This document shows positions 48,645 through 62,500 of a DNA stretch of 64,000 bases, piece after piece. The notes beneath the pieces were generated by a model. The model did no database searches. It saw only the letters and a list, made by a program, of their open reading frames with translations, and was not told the origin of the DNA. Source of the DNA: Paraphysomonas bandaiensis (Eukaryota > Protista > Chrysophyceae); NCBI GenBank assembly GCA_965644295.1, contig CBFFRP010000423.1, forward strand, positions 124,001 through 188,000, written 5' to 3'. Position numbers and translations under genes: made by a program. The stretch's first letter is position 1, and each line of letters starts with the position of its first letter.

Positions 48645-49499
48645 CTAGTGTATGTGTATATATATCAGTAGACATCTATCTATATATACACTGACAGTGT
48701 ATATGGATCAGTGTGTGAATATCTTCCATTTACATATATCTATAATCATAGGGACAAACCCTTATAATATCTGGATATGTGTTTAATGGACTCTCTATGA
48801 GACACTCTGCATATATCGATGGAGCGGATAGATGCCTATATATCTATATATCTACAGTATATATCTATATCATATACAGTACATACAAGTACAGAGTACA
48901 TGGAGCAGACCCGAGGTTTTGAGTGGCGTCATTTGAAAAAAGTAGGTTTTTTCGAGGTATTTTTGTAGGTTTGGAAAAAGGTAGGAAATCCAAGGTTTTT
49001 TAGTAGGTTTTTTAAGAACATGTTGTATGAGATCAATACTTCATTGTTGGGAATAACAGAGTTCCAGCGTTCTATTACAATGTGTGTACGAAACATATGT
49101 ATATGGAATTCTAGAAGTGAAATACAGGTGTGTATAGATCATCCTACCATGTAATTTCAATATATCTACCAGACCGTACATCCAGTGAAGTGAAAGTCTA
49201 AAAAGTCTTATAAATCACTCTCACCCAATCACTACATTTTCTTTTTTTCTTATCAAAGTATTTGAAATTACTATATAAAACTTATCGAGATATTAGTATA
49301 ATCTCATAATTTATTAGTATTAATACATAGTTAAGTAGGAATTCCAAGTAGTAATATAGAGATATTGGGATGTTAATGTAAGTATTGGAGTCTATCATTC
49401 TCATCTGTTTTCAAACAACAACTATTCCATACATTGAAATAATAGAGTAAATTGAGTTTTGTTTATATAGATTTCTATATAAAACTGTGTGATATATAG

Positions 49500-52400
49500 A
49501 TGAATATATCAACTACATATCATGGAATTAATACAAGAGTATATGCTCTTGCTTTATTAGGTTTTATGACACCATTAGCTGTTGTTGCAGCAATTGATAT
49601 CATGTCAAGTTGGAAACTATTCCGTGGAAGGTCTCGACGACGTTCATTTGTTAAGAAGTACTCTATATTAGAAGAAGAGGATAGTCAAGCGTCTGTTGAT
49701 ATACCAGAATCTGAAGATAACAGTAATATTGGAACATGGAATGCAATTGGTCTTCAACGACCATTAGTTATTGCAATGGTTGGTCTTCCCGCCCGGGGGA
49801 AATCCTATATTGTGAAAATGATTATTCGATACTTGCGGTGGATTGGATTTGAGAGTGAAGTTTTTAATGTTGGTTCCTACAGACGTCTTCATGGAAAAGC
49901 AGGGATTGGTGCCAATTTTTTCTCTGGGGATGATAAAGAGGCATCAAAGTCTCGTGAAGAGATGGCTATGGCGGTCCAGGAAATGATGTATGAGTGGTTG
50001 CGGAAAGGAGATGTGTGAGTTACTGGTGTTTGGTTATGCTATCCATATTGTGGGTAATATCTGTATATATATCAAGCGATCTTCAAATAGTAGTGATAAA
50101 ATCGCTTTCATCTACATACGTCTTATGAAATGTGTTGGTATGGTTACATTATATGTATGCTTCGATGAAGTGGCTGTTGGAAGGGACATTACGTATTATA
50201 TAGTATCGTGTGACACTTTATTGGTGCTATGAATTTATTTTTGTATGCACGGCAGGAAGGGGAGGGTTGCTATATTCGATGCCACCAACACTACAGTGGA
50301 CCGTCGACATGCCCTATGCCTTCGAGCAAGGCGGGAACAAGTTAGTCTACTTTTTGTGGAGTCAATATGTGATGATAAGGTATAGAAAGTATTGATATAT
50401 ACCGAAGTATAATAACATAACGTTGTTACAGAGTATACTTGAGCGTAATTACTCACTAAAGCTCCAAAACGACGACTATAAAGATCAAGACCCATCCGAG
50501 GTTCCAACAACGCTGACATAATGTGCATGCAGTATTTTATGTGTGTTGCTTTCTATTGTCATTATATTGCAGTTGCCATTATCAGTGTAGTATGTGATAT
50601 TTGTTTTGTGTAGGCCAGGAAAGATTTTTTACGAAGAGTAGATGCCTATGAGAAACGATACCACACTATAGAGGATGATGAGGACAGTCATCAGATAAGG
50701 TGTGACCCTCCATATACTAGAATTTGCATAACATTTGAATAAATCTTTATGTCTGCCCAACCATGCTAATGTGAACTCCTATATGACAGTTATATCAAGC
50801 TCATCAATGTGGGCCAGAAAGTGATATCTAGGAACTGTTTCGGATATTTGCCATCTCAGGTGAGTATCTCCATCTGTGATCCGATAAGGGTTTATTTCCA
50901 CTGATTGCACACGGAATGACTACTTAGCTAACATTATGCTGACATAGGTTGCGTTCTATCTCCAAAACATTCACATTGTCCCGAGAAGGTAGGTTGCCTG
51001 CTATACTGGTACCGCTCTTTTTAATTGTATCTACTTTTGCCTATCGGTGCAGTATATATTTGACACTTCCAGCCGAAAACTCGGATTCAGTTGCCAGTAA
51101 GTATATCGGCTCCTTCTTTTGCAACTTGTTCCAGTAGGCTTGTATGTACTAACCTTTCGGCGATAGGTATACTGGGTGGAGATTCGCCTAAAATGACCGC
51201 TAGTGGAAGGCAATATACATTGGACCTGGCGAAGTTCGTCCAGGTACACCAAAAGTTGTATTGTTTCTTATAGATCTCGCCACACATCCCTGTAATTATG
51301 TGATTTGGCCCCCTGTATTTGTTTTCCGTGGCCCTACGTAATCTCGTGATATGTGAAGATGCAGAACAACAAAGAGGACATGCTAGTACTAACTGGAACC
51401 GCAAAGGTACGCTTACTTCTGCTGTTGTACTACACTGCATTGTGTTCTTCCCTGGAACCGTGCGAATTATGTATTATCTTTACGCTGTATCACGCACAGT
51501 TGTATATCCTTATGCTGTGTCTTAAACTAGTATTCTTCACGCGCAGATACATGCCTTGACTTCTCTACACTTGAGAATGCAAGTTCCTGTATATACAACC
51601 AATCTTCTCAATGAGCTCAGGGGTGGAGACTTTCACCTGATGAAGAGAGAAGAGATCAAGGTGTGAATGTAATGTCATAGGCCCAATGTCAAAATAGAGT
51701 AGCATGACTACCATGTATATGATGTTAAGGAATTACTATGTGTTCCCTTATAACATTTCGAGTGCATAACATCCTGCTGTAGGTCAAGCATCGTGCTGTG
51801 TACGAAGCTCGTCAGAAAAATAAGCTCCACTATCGCTATCCAGGTTTCATCAGTGTTGATGTCTCTATTTTGTAGAGTAGCAATTGATATGATGTTGTAG
51901 GTGTTGGCGGAGAGTCCTATATGGATGTCATCGAACGTGTTCGCCCAATAATAATCGGTAGATCATTTCATACATTACACAACTGTTATAATCTTACGGT
52001 GTTGTATTTTGGGAAAAGAACTGGAACGTCAACGTCAGCCGGTGTTAGTTGTTTGCCACTTAGCCGTTATGAGGTGAGGTTGAAGTGTAGCATCTGTTGT
52101 GCTGCACAATTTGAACATATAAAACATCGCGTCATAGTGGAAAAGAGAACCTTGTATGAAAACATACATATGTGTTGAAGTATGTACGGCATGTGGTTAT
52201 GACGACATTGGCGAGAAAGACACTATGCGTATTAACACAATGGTTATTGCCGCTTCAATTGGTCATGCTAATCCGAACCACCACCACACATACGAAATTC
52301 ACACTCGTACTTTATTTGTCCACAGCAGCATAAGTGACCAATTATATGACGATTATTTCTTTTCTTCTACATGTAGTGTGGACTGATTTGGTATTGTTCA

Positions 52401-52645
52401 GATGTATATACGGATACTTTACTGGCGCTTGCATGGAGGAGATCCCTAGTCTACCCTTTAAGATGCACCATGTGTATCAGTTGTCTCCAGGTGTGTATGG
52501 TGGTGTCATCATTACTTTCTGCTTGTGATAATCGTGGTGGATGATTTGTTATATTGAATATCGTGCACTAATTTTTCCTTGGGTAGGACCATTTGGGTGT
52601 GAAACTAGACGACTGGAATTGGCCACAGAGGTTATGGATATGTAG
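49500..52645 (+). CDS. PFKFB: 6-phosphofructo-2-kinase/fructose-2,6-bisphosphatase family protein (phosphatase RHG motif lost), multi-exon
   Basis: MVGLPARGKSY, FNVGSYRR, IFDATNTT, FVESICDD, YIKLINVG, LNELRGG, YRYPG|GESYMDV, VCHLAVMRC motifs across about 14 exons. Confidence 0.9.
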
Positions 52646-54518
52646 TATAGCCGATGCCTCCCAGATTCATCAAAACCTAAATGATACATGTGTCTCTCTT
52701 TTGTCGTTCCTTTGACAATTGTTTTGCTTGTATATACCTCATAGCTGATTGTTGGAATAAGTGTTGTGTTCACACACGTCTATCTACCAGCCAGTTTTGT
52801 AACTTTTTGATACTGATTTTGACTTTGAATAAACTTTGATTAGGGCAAAGAGCTGTTCTGTGCTGTGAAAATGTTGTAGTCTTGTTGATACTTTCATCAT
52901 GTGTGTACTTTAAAATGCATTATGTTTGTTTGCAAGGATAGTTTTTGTATTTGCTCTCCTTTTCAGCTACTGCCCAAACAACCCCATCCTGTCCAGAGGT
53001 GGACTTTCATTGCACCACATTCACCTACGGCAACTTTGCTAAATAAGTTTATACTCAGTTATATACTTTTCGTTCTGTTGATTTCGACCGGCTGTTGATT
53101 CAATAGAACATAGAACACTTATATCACAATCGGGAGAAAACAGAGAACAATAAACAGTAAGCCACCACAATATGACAGCACATCAACTCCAAAACAAGAA
53201 CTTTCGATTTAATAAACTTTACCAACTTTTGACATGTTTGGGTGTTAAAATATCTTAAGCAACTGAACTTGAACTAACAGAATAGTCAATTAGTAAATAT
53301 TTTATAGTCAGCATGCATGTCTTGTCATTCATTGATATTCGCTATGTAACGAAATTATCAGATCTTAGATAGATACGAGCTTGTACTGACAAAGCATTTC
53401 AGTTTCTCTAACGCAATTCTTATAATATCATTGATTCATGTACAACAGTTTTCAACTGCAATATTCTTAAACTAACGGTAATTATTCGAACACCTTAAAA
53501 TGCAGATTTTAATGCTTACTAATAAGCAAAAATCCACAAATTTGGCATCAGTAGTTCATGGATATTAGGTACACCTTAACTTTTAAATCAGGGTTATCTT
53601 TCTCAGTGTTTTCTAAAATTTTATTGGGAGCAATATGACCTCCTTATATGCACCATGGTAAATGGTTGTATTCTTTTGCATGTCTCACGTTACATGTATA
53701 TGATTTTTACTTTCTAAGTGAATAACATCTTCATAGGCAGCCACTAACTCTCAAGCACTTTTGACTAAGCCAAAGGTAGTGGCTTTGCAGAGTAGTATGA
53801 GAAAGCAAGACTGAAAAGAGTTCAAATGGCTATATTTATACCATGTAAGCTATCTCTTGGAAATAGAAATGCAATATAATATATGTTAAGATTTTACACG
53901 CACATGAGATCCAAGGCAGAACTCTTGGCTAGGTTTTGAATTTAAAAAATATATAGTTGTTATAATAATAGTTTTACTACAGCTAAACTTTACAAGGACC
54001 CTGCCAGCCCTGCCAGACCTTGATTTCGCCTTCAGGAAGAATTACTTTGTTTTATGTACTCATTCTTTTTTTGTTAGAATGCTAAAAACTATTGATATCA
54101 TGCTACTCCTTCTCAAAGTTACAATATCAATAATTCATTTCATTAACGATATAGAGAAATCAGTTTGGGATACCCCTCTTAAAGCCTCCTCATCACTACT
54201 ACTCTATGGAAGAGCGATATCTTAATTTTCTCTCTTATGAGTATTATAATTTCTAATGTATTTTTAGAATATTTGTCAGATATACAAACGTAAACATAAT
54301 TTGATTAGACGCATGGTGTTTATAGAAAGTATCAGAGGCTAAATGCTGCAAACACCAACACAGAGGAAATAAAAAACTACAATTATATGAAATTAATTCG
54401 TAACTGTCGTTCAGGTGCATATACAGATATGAAATAAAACGAAATGATGCTACAAGACCTTCTAATAAAACTATAGCGCCCTACCGCATACCCTACTACG
54501 TAAAGCGCACGACACAAA

Positions 54519-57500
54519 CTAAATGATATCAAAAGGGGGCAGCACATGTCTTGTGGTGTCCCTCTGTGGTGGTTCATAATGATAGGTACCATCTATTCGA
54601 AGAAATTCCGGTCGGATGGTCCCCGCCTCTGATTCAAGTTATGTCAGCTAATGATGCTTACCATTAGAGGGTTCACCATGGGGTAGATCCGTGCTTGAAG
54701 CGTCTCTCTCAGGATGCGGAGAACTTACGCTCGGTGCGGTTTGATAAGGGTAGCAAGAATAAGGTGACATATGCATTCCATATCCAGCATATCCAGGTGG
54801 GAACCTGTATGATGGGGGCGGTGATGGCATGAGAGGAGAATATGGGGGGTAGTGGACGGTTGCAGGGTCGTTTGGGCACGGAAGTGGATGTGTTGCAGGC
54901 TCAGAACTACTAGATGCACTTTCGTTATGTGTACTATTCTACAAGCAAACGCGTTATGGAAATATATATGGCTATCAGTAAAATATCCATTGGAAGCTAA
55001 GCCAAACTCAAGATGCTCAATAAGTAAATTACCTGTGGGTCTCTCTTCTGGTCTAAGTAAGGTGGCATCGGCCAACCTCCTGGAAAGCCCATAAATGGCA
55101 CTCGGGGATCATATGGCACAGGAATAGGGATGAACATAGGCTGCGGTGCGTGTCCTCCGGCGGGCTTCCCCACACCTAGAGGTACGGACATGGGCATCCC
55201 GTATGGTAAACACATGTAGGGGTTAACCGGGGGAGAGTACTGAGTACTATCTGTTCCTGAATTGGCAGTTGGAATAGATGAATATAATGTTCCAGTTGGC
55301 AAACTCATGAACGGTGAATGAAAAATATTGGGGTATTCAGTTGGTGGGCCAGCGTGGGAACTGCCGTCGGGATTATTTGAAGAAGTCGATGAGTTGTCTT
55401 GCGTGGATTCATAACGCGGCTGCTTTTCAGGAGGTCCATTTTCGTCACTGTTAGATTTTCCCGGACGAGTGGTCAATGCAGCTGGAGGTTCTGTCTGTGA
55501 TCCTTGCAGATTGCATCTCATGATATCACTACGACGGTGTTCCTCTGATGGAAAATGACTTGAACTAAGATGTGTTGGAGGGGTTGCCACAGTTGATTGA
55601 TGCAGATTAAAGGGCACACCCATTTGATTTGTCTGACCCATCTGCATAGGGTGATAAGCCATAATATGTACTTGTGAACCTCCAGAATGCTCCGCGTTGT
55701 AAGGGTGACCAGCCAATGTTCCCCCACCCCGTAACGCGAGATGATGTTGATGAAGCCGTTCAATATTATCTAAACCCATACCAATTGACCCCACACGACG
55801 CATTTTACGCTCTAGACTATGCCATTGCACCTGATGTACACAGCAAATAAGAGTCCTCAATACCAAATGAATACATAATAAAACGAACTTAACAGAGGGA
55901 AGTTTCACCGTACAAGTATGCATGGCATGTATGCAATCGTTGAGTGAGCCTACCTTGAGAGAGGTTGGTGTGCGTCTCTTGTTTGGGTCCTTTACGGGCA
56001 ACATTTCCGCTATTTCCTATATATCAAGACAGATGACAAATAACATACTACCGATATTCCACTATACCTTCCATTTGTTGCCTAGACGAGCCTGCGCTCT
56101 CAGAATTATTACATCTTCGTCGAGAGTAAAAGGGGAATTGTCAATAGTGGGACTCAAATATTCATTCCAGCGTTCTCTACATTGTTTTGCACTACACGCG
56201 CATGTGAAACACATGCAATTTCTCATATCATGGACAGTATATACCTCCGGTTGTCGAACTTGGATGCAATCGAGGCCCAATCAATGTTTTGTCCCGCCGA
56301 TTCAACTAGATCTGTTAACTTTTTGTCTTCATCAGGATACCAGTATCCCTATAAATATGAATAGTAAGCATAAAAGTTTAAAATTAATGAGATCTATATA
56401 CTTTTTTAGGGGCGGATATACTTCTAGTCGCTTCACTCTTAGGAGCAGTAGAGGTGGAACTAGAACTTGCAGTGACACCTATACTGTCAGTGGAACTGTC
56501 TGTGGCACTAGTGTTCTGAGTCTATAAATAATTGCGTTACACATTATATAAAACAATACTAATACAAAACATATACCTCTTCACAATAAATAACAATATA
56601 TACTTATATTATATATACATGTATATATATTACATGTACCTCTATATAACAACACATGTAACATATGCATGTATACGTATCATTTGAACATATCTATATA
56701 ACAATATATGGTTATAACATATGCAGGTATATCTATTATATGCTCCTCTATATAGCAATTCATACATACATATATTACATATACATTAACTATAACATAT
56801 GTATGTATGTATGTATGTATGTATAATACATGTACCTCTATATAACAATATATGCACATATAACATACGCATGTATATGTATTACATACACCTCTAATAA
56901 CAATATATGCTGACATAACATATGCATGTATATATACTATATGTACCTCTATATAACAATATCTATAGATGACATATGCATGTATAGACACTACATTACC
57001 TCTATAAAACAATGCATACATACATATGCAGGAATAGATATTGCATGTATCTCTCTACATCAATGCATACATACAAACATACATATCAACATATGCATGA
57101 ATATGAATTACATGTACCTCACATACATATGTTATACCTCTATATAACAACATATACATAACTATCATATGTATGTATATGAATTACATGTATCTCTATA
57201 CAACAATGCATACATACATATGCCTGTATAGATATTACATGTATCTCTCTACAACAACAAAAACACCGATGAACATATGCATGTATATGAATTACATATA
57301 CCTCTATATAACAATACATTAACTATAATATATGTATGTATAGATACTACATGTACCTCTATATAGCAATATATGCTTACATGACATATGCATGGATATG
57401 AATTACATGTACCTCTCTATAACAACACATACATATCTAACATATGTATGCATACATACTACATGTGCCTCGATAACAATGCATACATACATATGCATGG

Positions 57501-58950
57501 ATATGAAATACATGTACCTCTATATAACAATATATGCACATCTATCATATGTATGAAACGATATTACATGTACCTCTCAATAACATTACATGCATACATA
57601 TGCATGGTTATGAATTACATGTACCTCTATATAACAATATATGCTTACATGACATATGCATGAATATGAATTACATGTACCTCTCTATAACAACACATAC
57701 ATATCTAACATATGTATGCATACATACTACATGTGCCTCGATAACAATGCATACATACATATGCATGGATATGAAATACATGTACCTCTCTATAACAACA
57801 CATACATATCTATCATATGTATGAATCGATATTACATGTACCTCTCAATAACATTACATGCATACATATGCATGGTTATGAATTACATGTGCCTCTATAT
57901 AACAATATATGCTTACATGACATATGCATGAATATGAATTACATGTACCTCTCTATAACAACACATACATATCTAACATATGTATGCATACATACTACAT
58001 GTGCCTCGATAACAATGCATACATACATATGCATGGATATGAAATACATGTACCTCTCTATAACAACACATACATATCTATCATATGTATGAATCGATAT
58101 TACATGTACCTCTCAGTAACATTACATGCATACATATGCATGGTTATGAATTACATGTACCTCTATATAACAATATATGCTTACATGACATATGCATGAA
58201 TATGAAATATGTGTACCTCTCTATAAAACAACGCATATATATCTAACATATGTATGTATAGTTATTACATGTGTCTTTAAATAGCATTGCATACATACCT
58301 ATACATGTATAGATACTACATGTATTAATGTATAACGGAATTACATGTACCTCTATATAACAATACACACATATCTAACATATGGATGTATATGAACAAC
58401 ACACATACATACATATGCATGTATATGAATTACATATATCTCTAAATAACAATACACATATACATACGTACATATGCATGGATATGAATTACATGTACCT
58501 CTATATAACAATACACACACATATGAACATATGCATGGATATGAATTACATGTACCTCTATAAACAACACATACATATCTAATATATGCATGTATATGAA
58601 TTACATGTATCTCTATAAAACAATGCATACTTGCATATGCATGAATATGAATTACATGTACCTCTATATAACAATACATACATACACACATACATACAAA
58701 CATACATATCTAACAGTACATTAAACTATATACAGTATAATACACTTACACTTAATATAGATTCATCACTTCTTTGTTCATTTCCTTTCTCTATCCCCAA
58801 TGTATCATATGATGGTTGATCTGTTGAAATTGGATTAGTTTTCTTCTCATCAATTGATAAATTCTCATGATATCCTTCTATTGATGTAATCTCTGATTTA
58901 TTTAAATGAATTGTATTTGAATTATTGATTTGATCTTTCTCATTATTCAT
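54519..58950 (-). CDS. R2R3 Myb-type transcription factor with Pro-rich C-terminus; first intron 58749-56522 is satellite-filled
   Basis: KGYWYPDEDKKL..DWASIASKFDNRR|SAKQCRERWNEYLSPTIDNSPFTLDEDVIILRAQARLGNKWK|EIAEMLP; exon phases match across introns; the 3' end is tentative. Confidence 0.8.
56600..58700. repeat. Intronic satellite: ~49-56-bp monomer with a 268-bp pentameric higher-order repeat (about 3 copies, ~57340-58200)
   Basis: Monomer core catatgcatggatatgaattacatgtacctctatataaca; near-identical spurious ORFs start at 57388, 57656 and 57924 (268-bp period). Confidence 0.92.
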
Positions 58951-59532
58951 TTTAAATAAATAAAACACTATGAAAATATCTATCAGAAGGACACGATATT
59001 ATATAGATATGGTCATCTACCTGACACCAAATTGTATGACTAGAAATATCAAGAGACACTATGACGGTATACCGCCGGACCAAATTGAATAGATGGGAAT
59101 ATGAGATTTTCACCGCCCCTCTCCGGTCATGTATGATGAAGTCAAAAATATTCCACTACGAAATGTCCTAATAACGTATCTTGAACCGTCACGACACACA
59201 GGAAACTGTATTTTAAAGAGACACTTGAATTCTATGCTTCAACTCTAAATCCATCTTCCTATATATATCTGGGTATTATATATAAATATATGGGTATTTT
59301 ATAAATATCTGTGTATTTTTGAAAACATATGTCAAAAATATGCCAAGAAATCTCATACAATGGAATTTCTACATATGTCCGTACAGACTGACTATATATA
59401 TACACATACACATATATATATACACATATATATATATACAAGATGCTATTCATAGGAAATAATCAACTATATTCAACTAAATGATATAATCAATTGATTA
59501 TCTTGAATATCAATCAAGTTTTCAATAAAGAA

Positions 59533-62500
59533 ATGAATGAAAATGTTGATTATGATGATATAGACGCATTATTATCAACAACAAACGATGAGATTCATAC
59601 AACACATACAACAATAATATCAGATGATATAGTCAATAATATGAATGATAATCAATTTAATATGAAAGAAAATGATCAGCAATCATTATCATTTGATTTT
59701 GATGATTTGTTATCATCTGATAATGTAAAACAGACGGATCCTATACAAGATATGGAGTTTACTGTTGGAAATGAGATGAATGTGAGTCCAACTGATATAA
59801 ATGATCAAACAAGTATACATTCTGAGATTGTAAAATCTGATACTGATGGTATAAAGACTGATGAAGTACTTGATGTTGCCCAAGTTAATAATTGTAAGCC
59901 TGTTGTTGATGATATGGACTTTCTCGAGTGGTTGGATACTGAGAACTCTACATCTTCTCCTGCTGTGGACAATGAGAAAACGCCATCTGATGTGAATGTG
60001 GACCCTGTGGATGACTTTTTTGAGGATATTTTTGGAAGTTCGCCAGAGAAGGCCACTTCAACGACTAGTGTCGTATCTGGATCCTCCGCTCCGAAGACTG
60101 TCTCTTCAGGCTATGAATCCCAGGTTCGCTTGGAGGCGTTATCTGGCTTTCCAGATATCAGTAAACTACGGGAAATGATTCTTAGTGCTGGCTATATACC
60201 GCAGAGTTGTAGGGGGAGTGTTTGGTGCGTTCTTCTAACGGGCGAATCTTGTGTCGAAGACCAGGAGGCAGAGTTTTGGCGTCCGCATGGAGCTGCCGGA
60301 GAAAATATTGACCAGAAAGATGTTTTGGAGTCTGATTGTGCTGCTGCAATAGCCAATGTTAAAGGAACTACCCATGCACCAGGAGACTTGAACCAATGCC
60401 AAGAGGACCTTCATGACATATTGCTCCTTTACTGTATGCGTCGCAAAATTGCCTATCGTCCCCTATTCTGCGACATGCTGAGCCCATTGCTATTGCTCCC
60501 TTCCCCGTTGCAACCTACACCTCGGGCAATTGCATCATCCTGCTTTTATTCTTTAGCTTCTTCGTTTGTTCCGCTGATTAATCTTCCGGTATGCACTGTC
60601 TTATGTTTATGTCCTGCTCTGTACACCGCCTCCAGTAACGCATGTTTATGTAGACACCAGCGTACACCCGAGCCGCCCGCACACTACACAATTGGTTGCA
60701 CCTATTGTTGTCTTACCACGCTCCCTTACTGGTACAGCACTTGGACCGTGTCTGTCCGGGATGGGAGCAGGCAGCACAAGAAACATCTCATGCAGAGGTA
60801 ATTCAGTGCTTATAGGCATCTTCTATTGCGAACTCTAGTCCGTTATGGCTCTTCCTTCGTTTGCCTATTCTTATTGCTGCTTGGTGTGTGTAATTTAGGT
60901 ACTCAGCCAGAAGTCGTATGACATGAAAAGTGCAGACCTCGACCAATTAGAACGCGAATTAGGTCTTATTGAGGAGCCAGATTCGGTATCCGGAGGTGTC
61001 GAGACAACAAATGCTGGACCGATATCTTCTGTCAATCCAACTGAGCGCCGAGTAGTTGGGGGATGCATACCTACGACATGGCTATGTGGATTATTTGGAG
61101 GTAGCGTGCCAGCTCTGCAGGCCTGTTGGCTGGGAGACTGGGCTATTGTTCATGCAGAGAGATATGCTGGTAGGCCATGTATTATGTATTGTATGTCATG
61201 TATTAACTTAATGTCACCACTGAAAATGCAAATTATGAGGAAATGTAAATTTATGGTGTGATATGTCTGCAAGTATATTGCTTTCTTGTGTTTGACAGTT
61301 TTGGTCGACAGGCTTATATGTAACCGCTGCATTGTTGGTGATGTACTCGTCATCCTTACGCCAGTTGGACGGTGCACAGTTTCGACAGTGGATAGGAAAG
61401 GTTGTATCAGGTGCAACTAATTGGTACACATTGATACCCATGCCCATTGGAAAGGGAGATGAAGGAAGCGAGACTTGTACGTCATGGGAAGATTTCACTA
61501 GGGGATGGATCCATGCGTCAGCAGGTATCAAAGTAGATGCGTATTCTGATGAATTCATTAGGATATGTTGCTTTGTTTTTTAAGTGAGAACTGTTAATTG
61601 CGGAATCAGTCTACGTGCATTATTATGGTTGACGTTTTTTGTACAACATTTAGCTGTTCGTCATACTACTCCTAGTGGATTCAAGGAATCTCTGCTTGAC
61701 ATGGAACCGTGGGCCACAGCGGCTGCTGAGAATGGTGTTGATGATGAAATCGACGACTACCCGATTTTCCACCCCTCTGTAGCGGAAGAGATGGAATCTC
61801 GGCACGTGGAAGGCGAGCGTCGTGTTAGTCGAATCATTCAGGAAAAAGGTACGTTGCTGGGCACATTATTTATGGCTTCTGCTTTACTGTTGCATGGTTT
61901 GTATGTACTTATTGTATATGAATAGTGGGTGAGAAGGGCAAGAAGCTTGTTTCATCAGTGAGGCGACTTAGAGGCAAGTTGCGGAGAGGATCAGAGTCGA
62001 ACATATCTCCCGATGCGATGTCTGCGAATGAAGAATGGGTCCAATGGCCGCAGGAGTCAAAACGGTTCTATCGTTGTGTATGGGCTACGCCAGCGGAGGT
62101 ACGGACAGATCAACATTGCTCTGATATGTGCTATGGAAAAGTGTAAAGTGCATCAAATACCATACACAATATGTTTTGTTGTGTACTATACGTGTATGAA
62201 GTAATGCTATAGGAACTTAATTTCAGTCTATATTACGTGTGTTTGAAGATGTTCACTTAAATTCAGGTCATTCCGTGTATCTGCTCTAATCAACGCCGGA
62301 CAACCTCCTCGCGGGATGTAGTGTCCGTATTCTGTGAAGGTGCAGACTGGACACCAGGATCCACAGTTTTAGGTGTTGATGTCAAAGGTGGAGAGGGTAT
62401 GAGTCTTCCTCGAGCAGATGAGACCTTTTCTCTCCCTTTCTTTTTCGGTATCGACATTAGATCGGAAGAAGAAATGAAACTGGGGAAGTTTCCTAAGGTA

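Noticed and set aside
56680-58819. Repeated 91-aa ORFs and a CRISPR-like look of the periodic array
   Set aside because: Tandem satellite with no unique spacers, no cas genes and a eukaryotic intronic context.
59130-59190. Box C-like ATGATGA suggesting a C/D snoRNA
   Set aside because: No CTGA box D with a terminal stem at a suitable distance.
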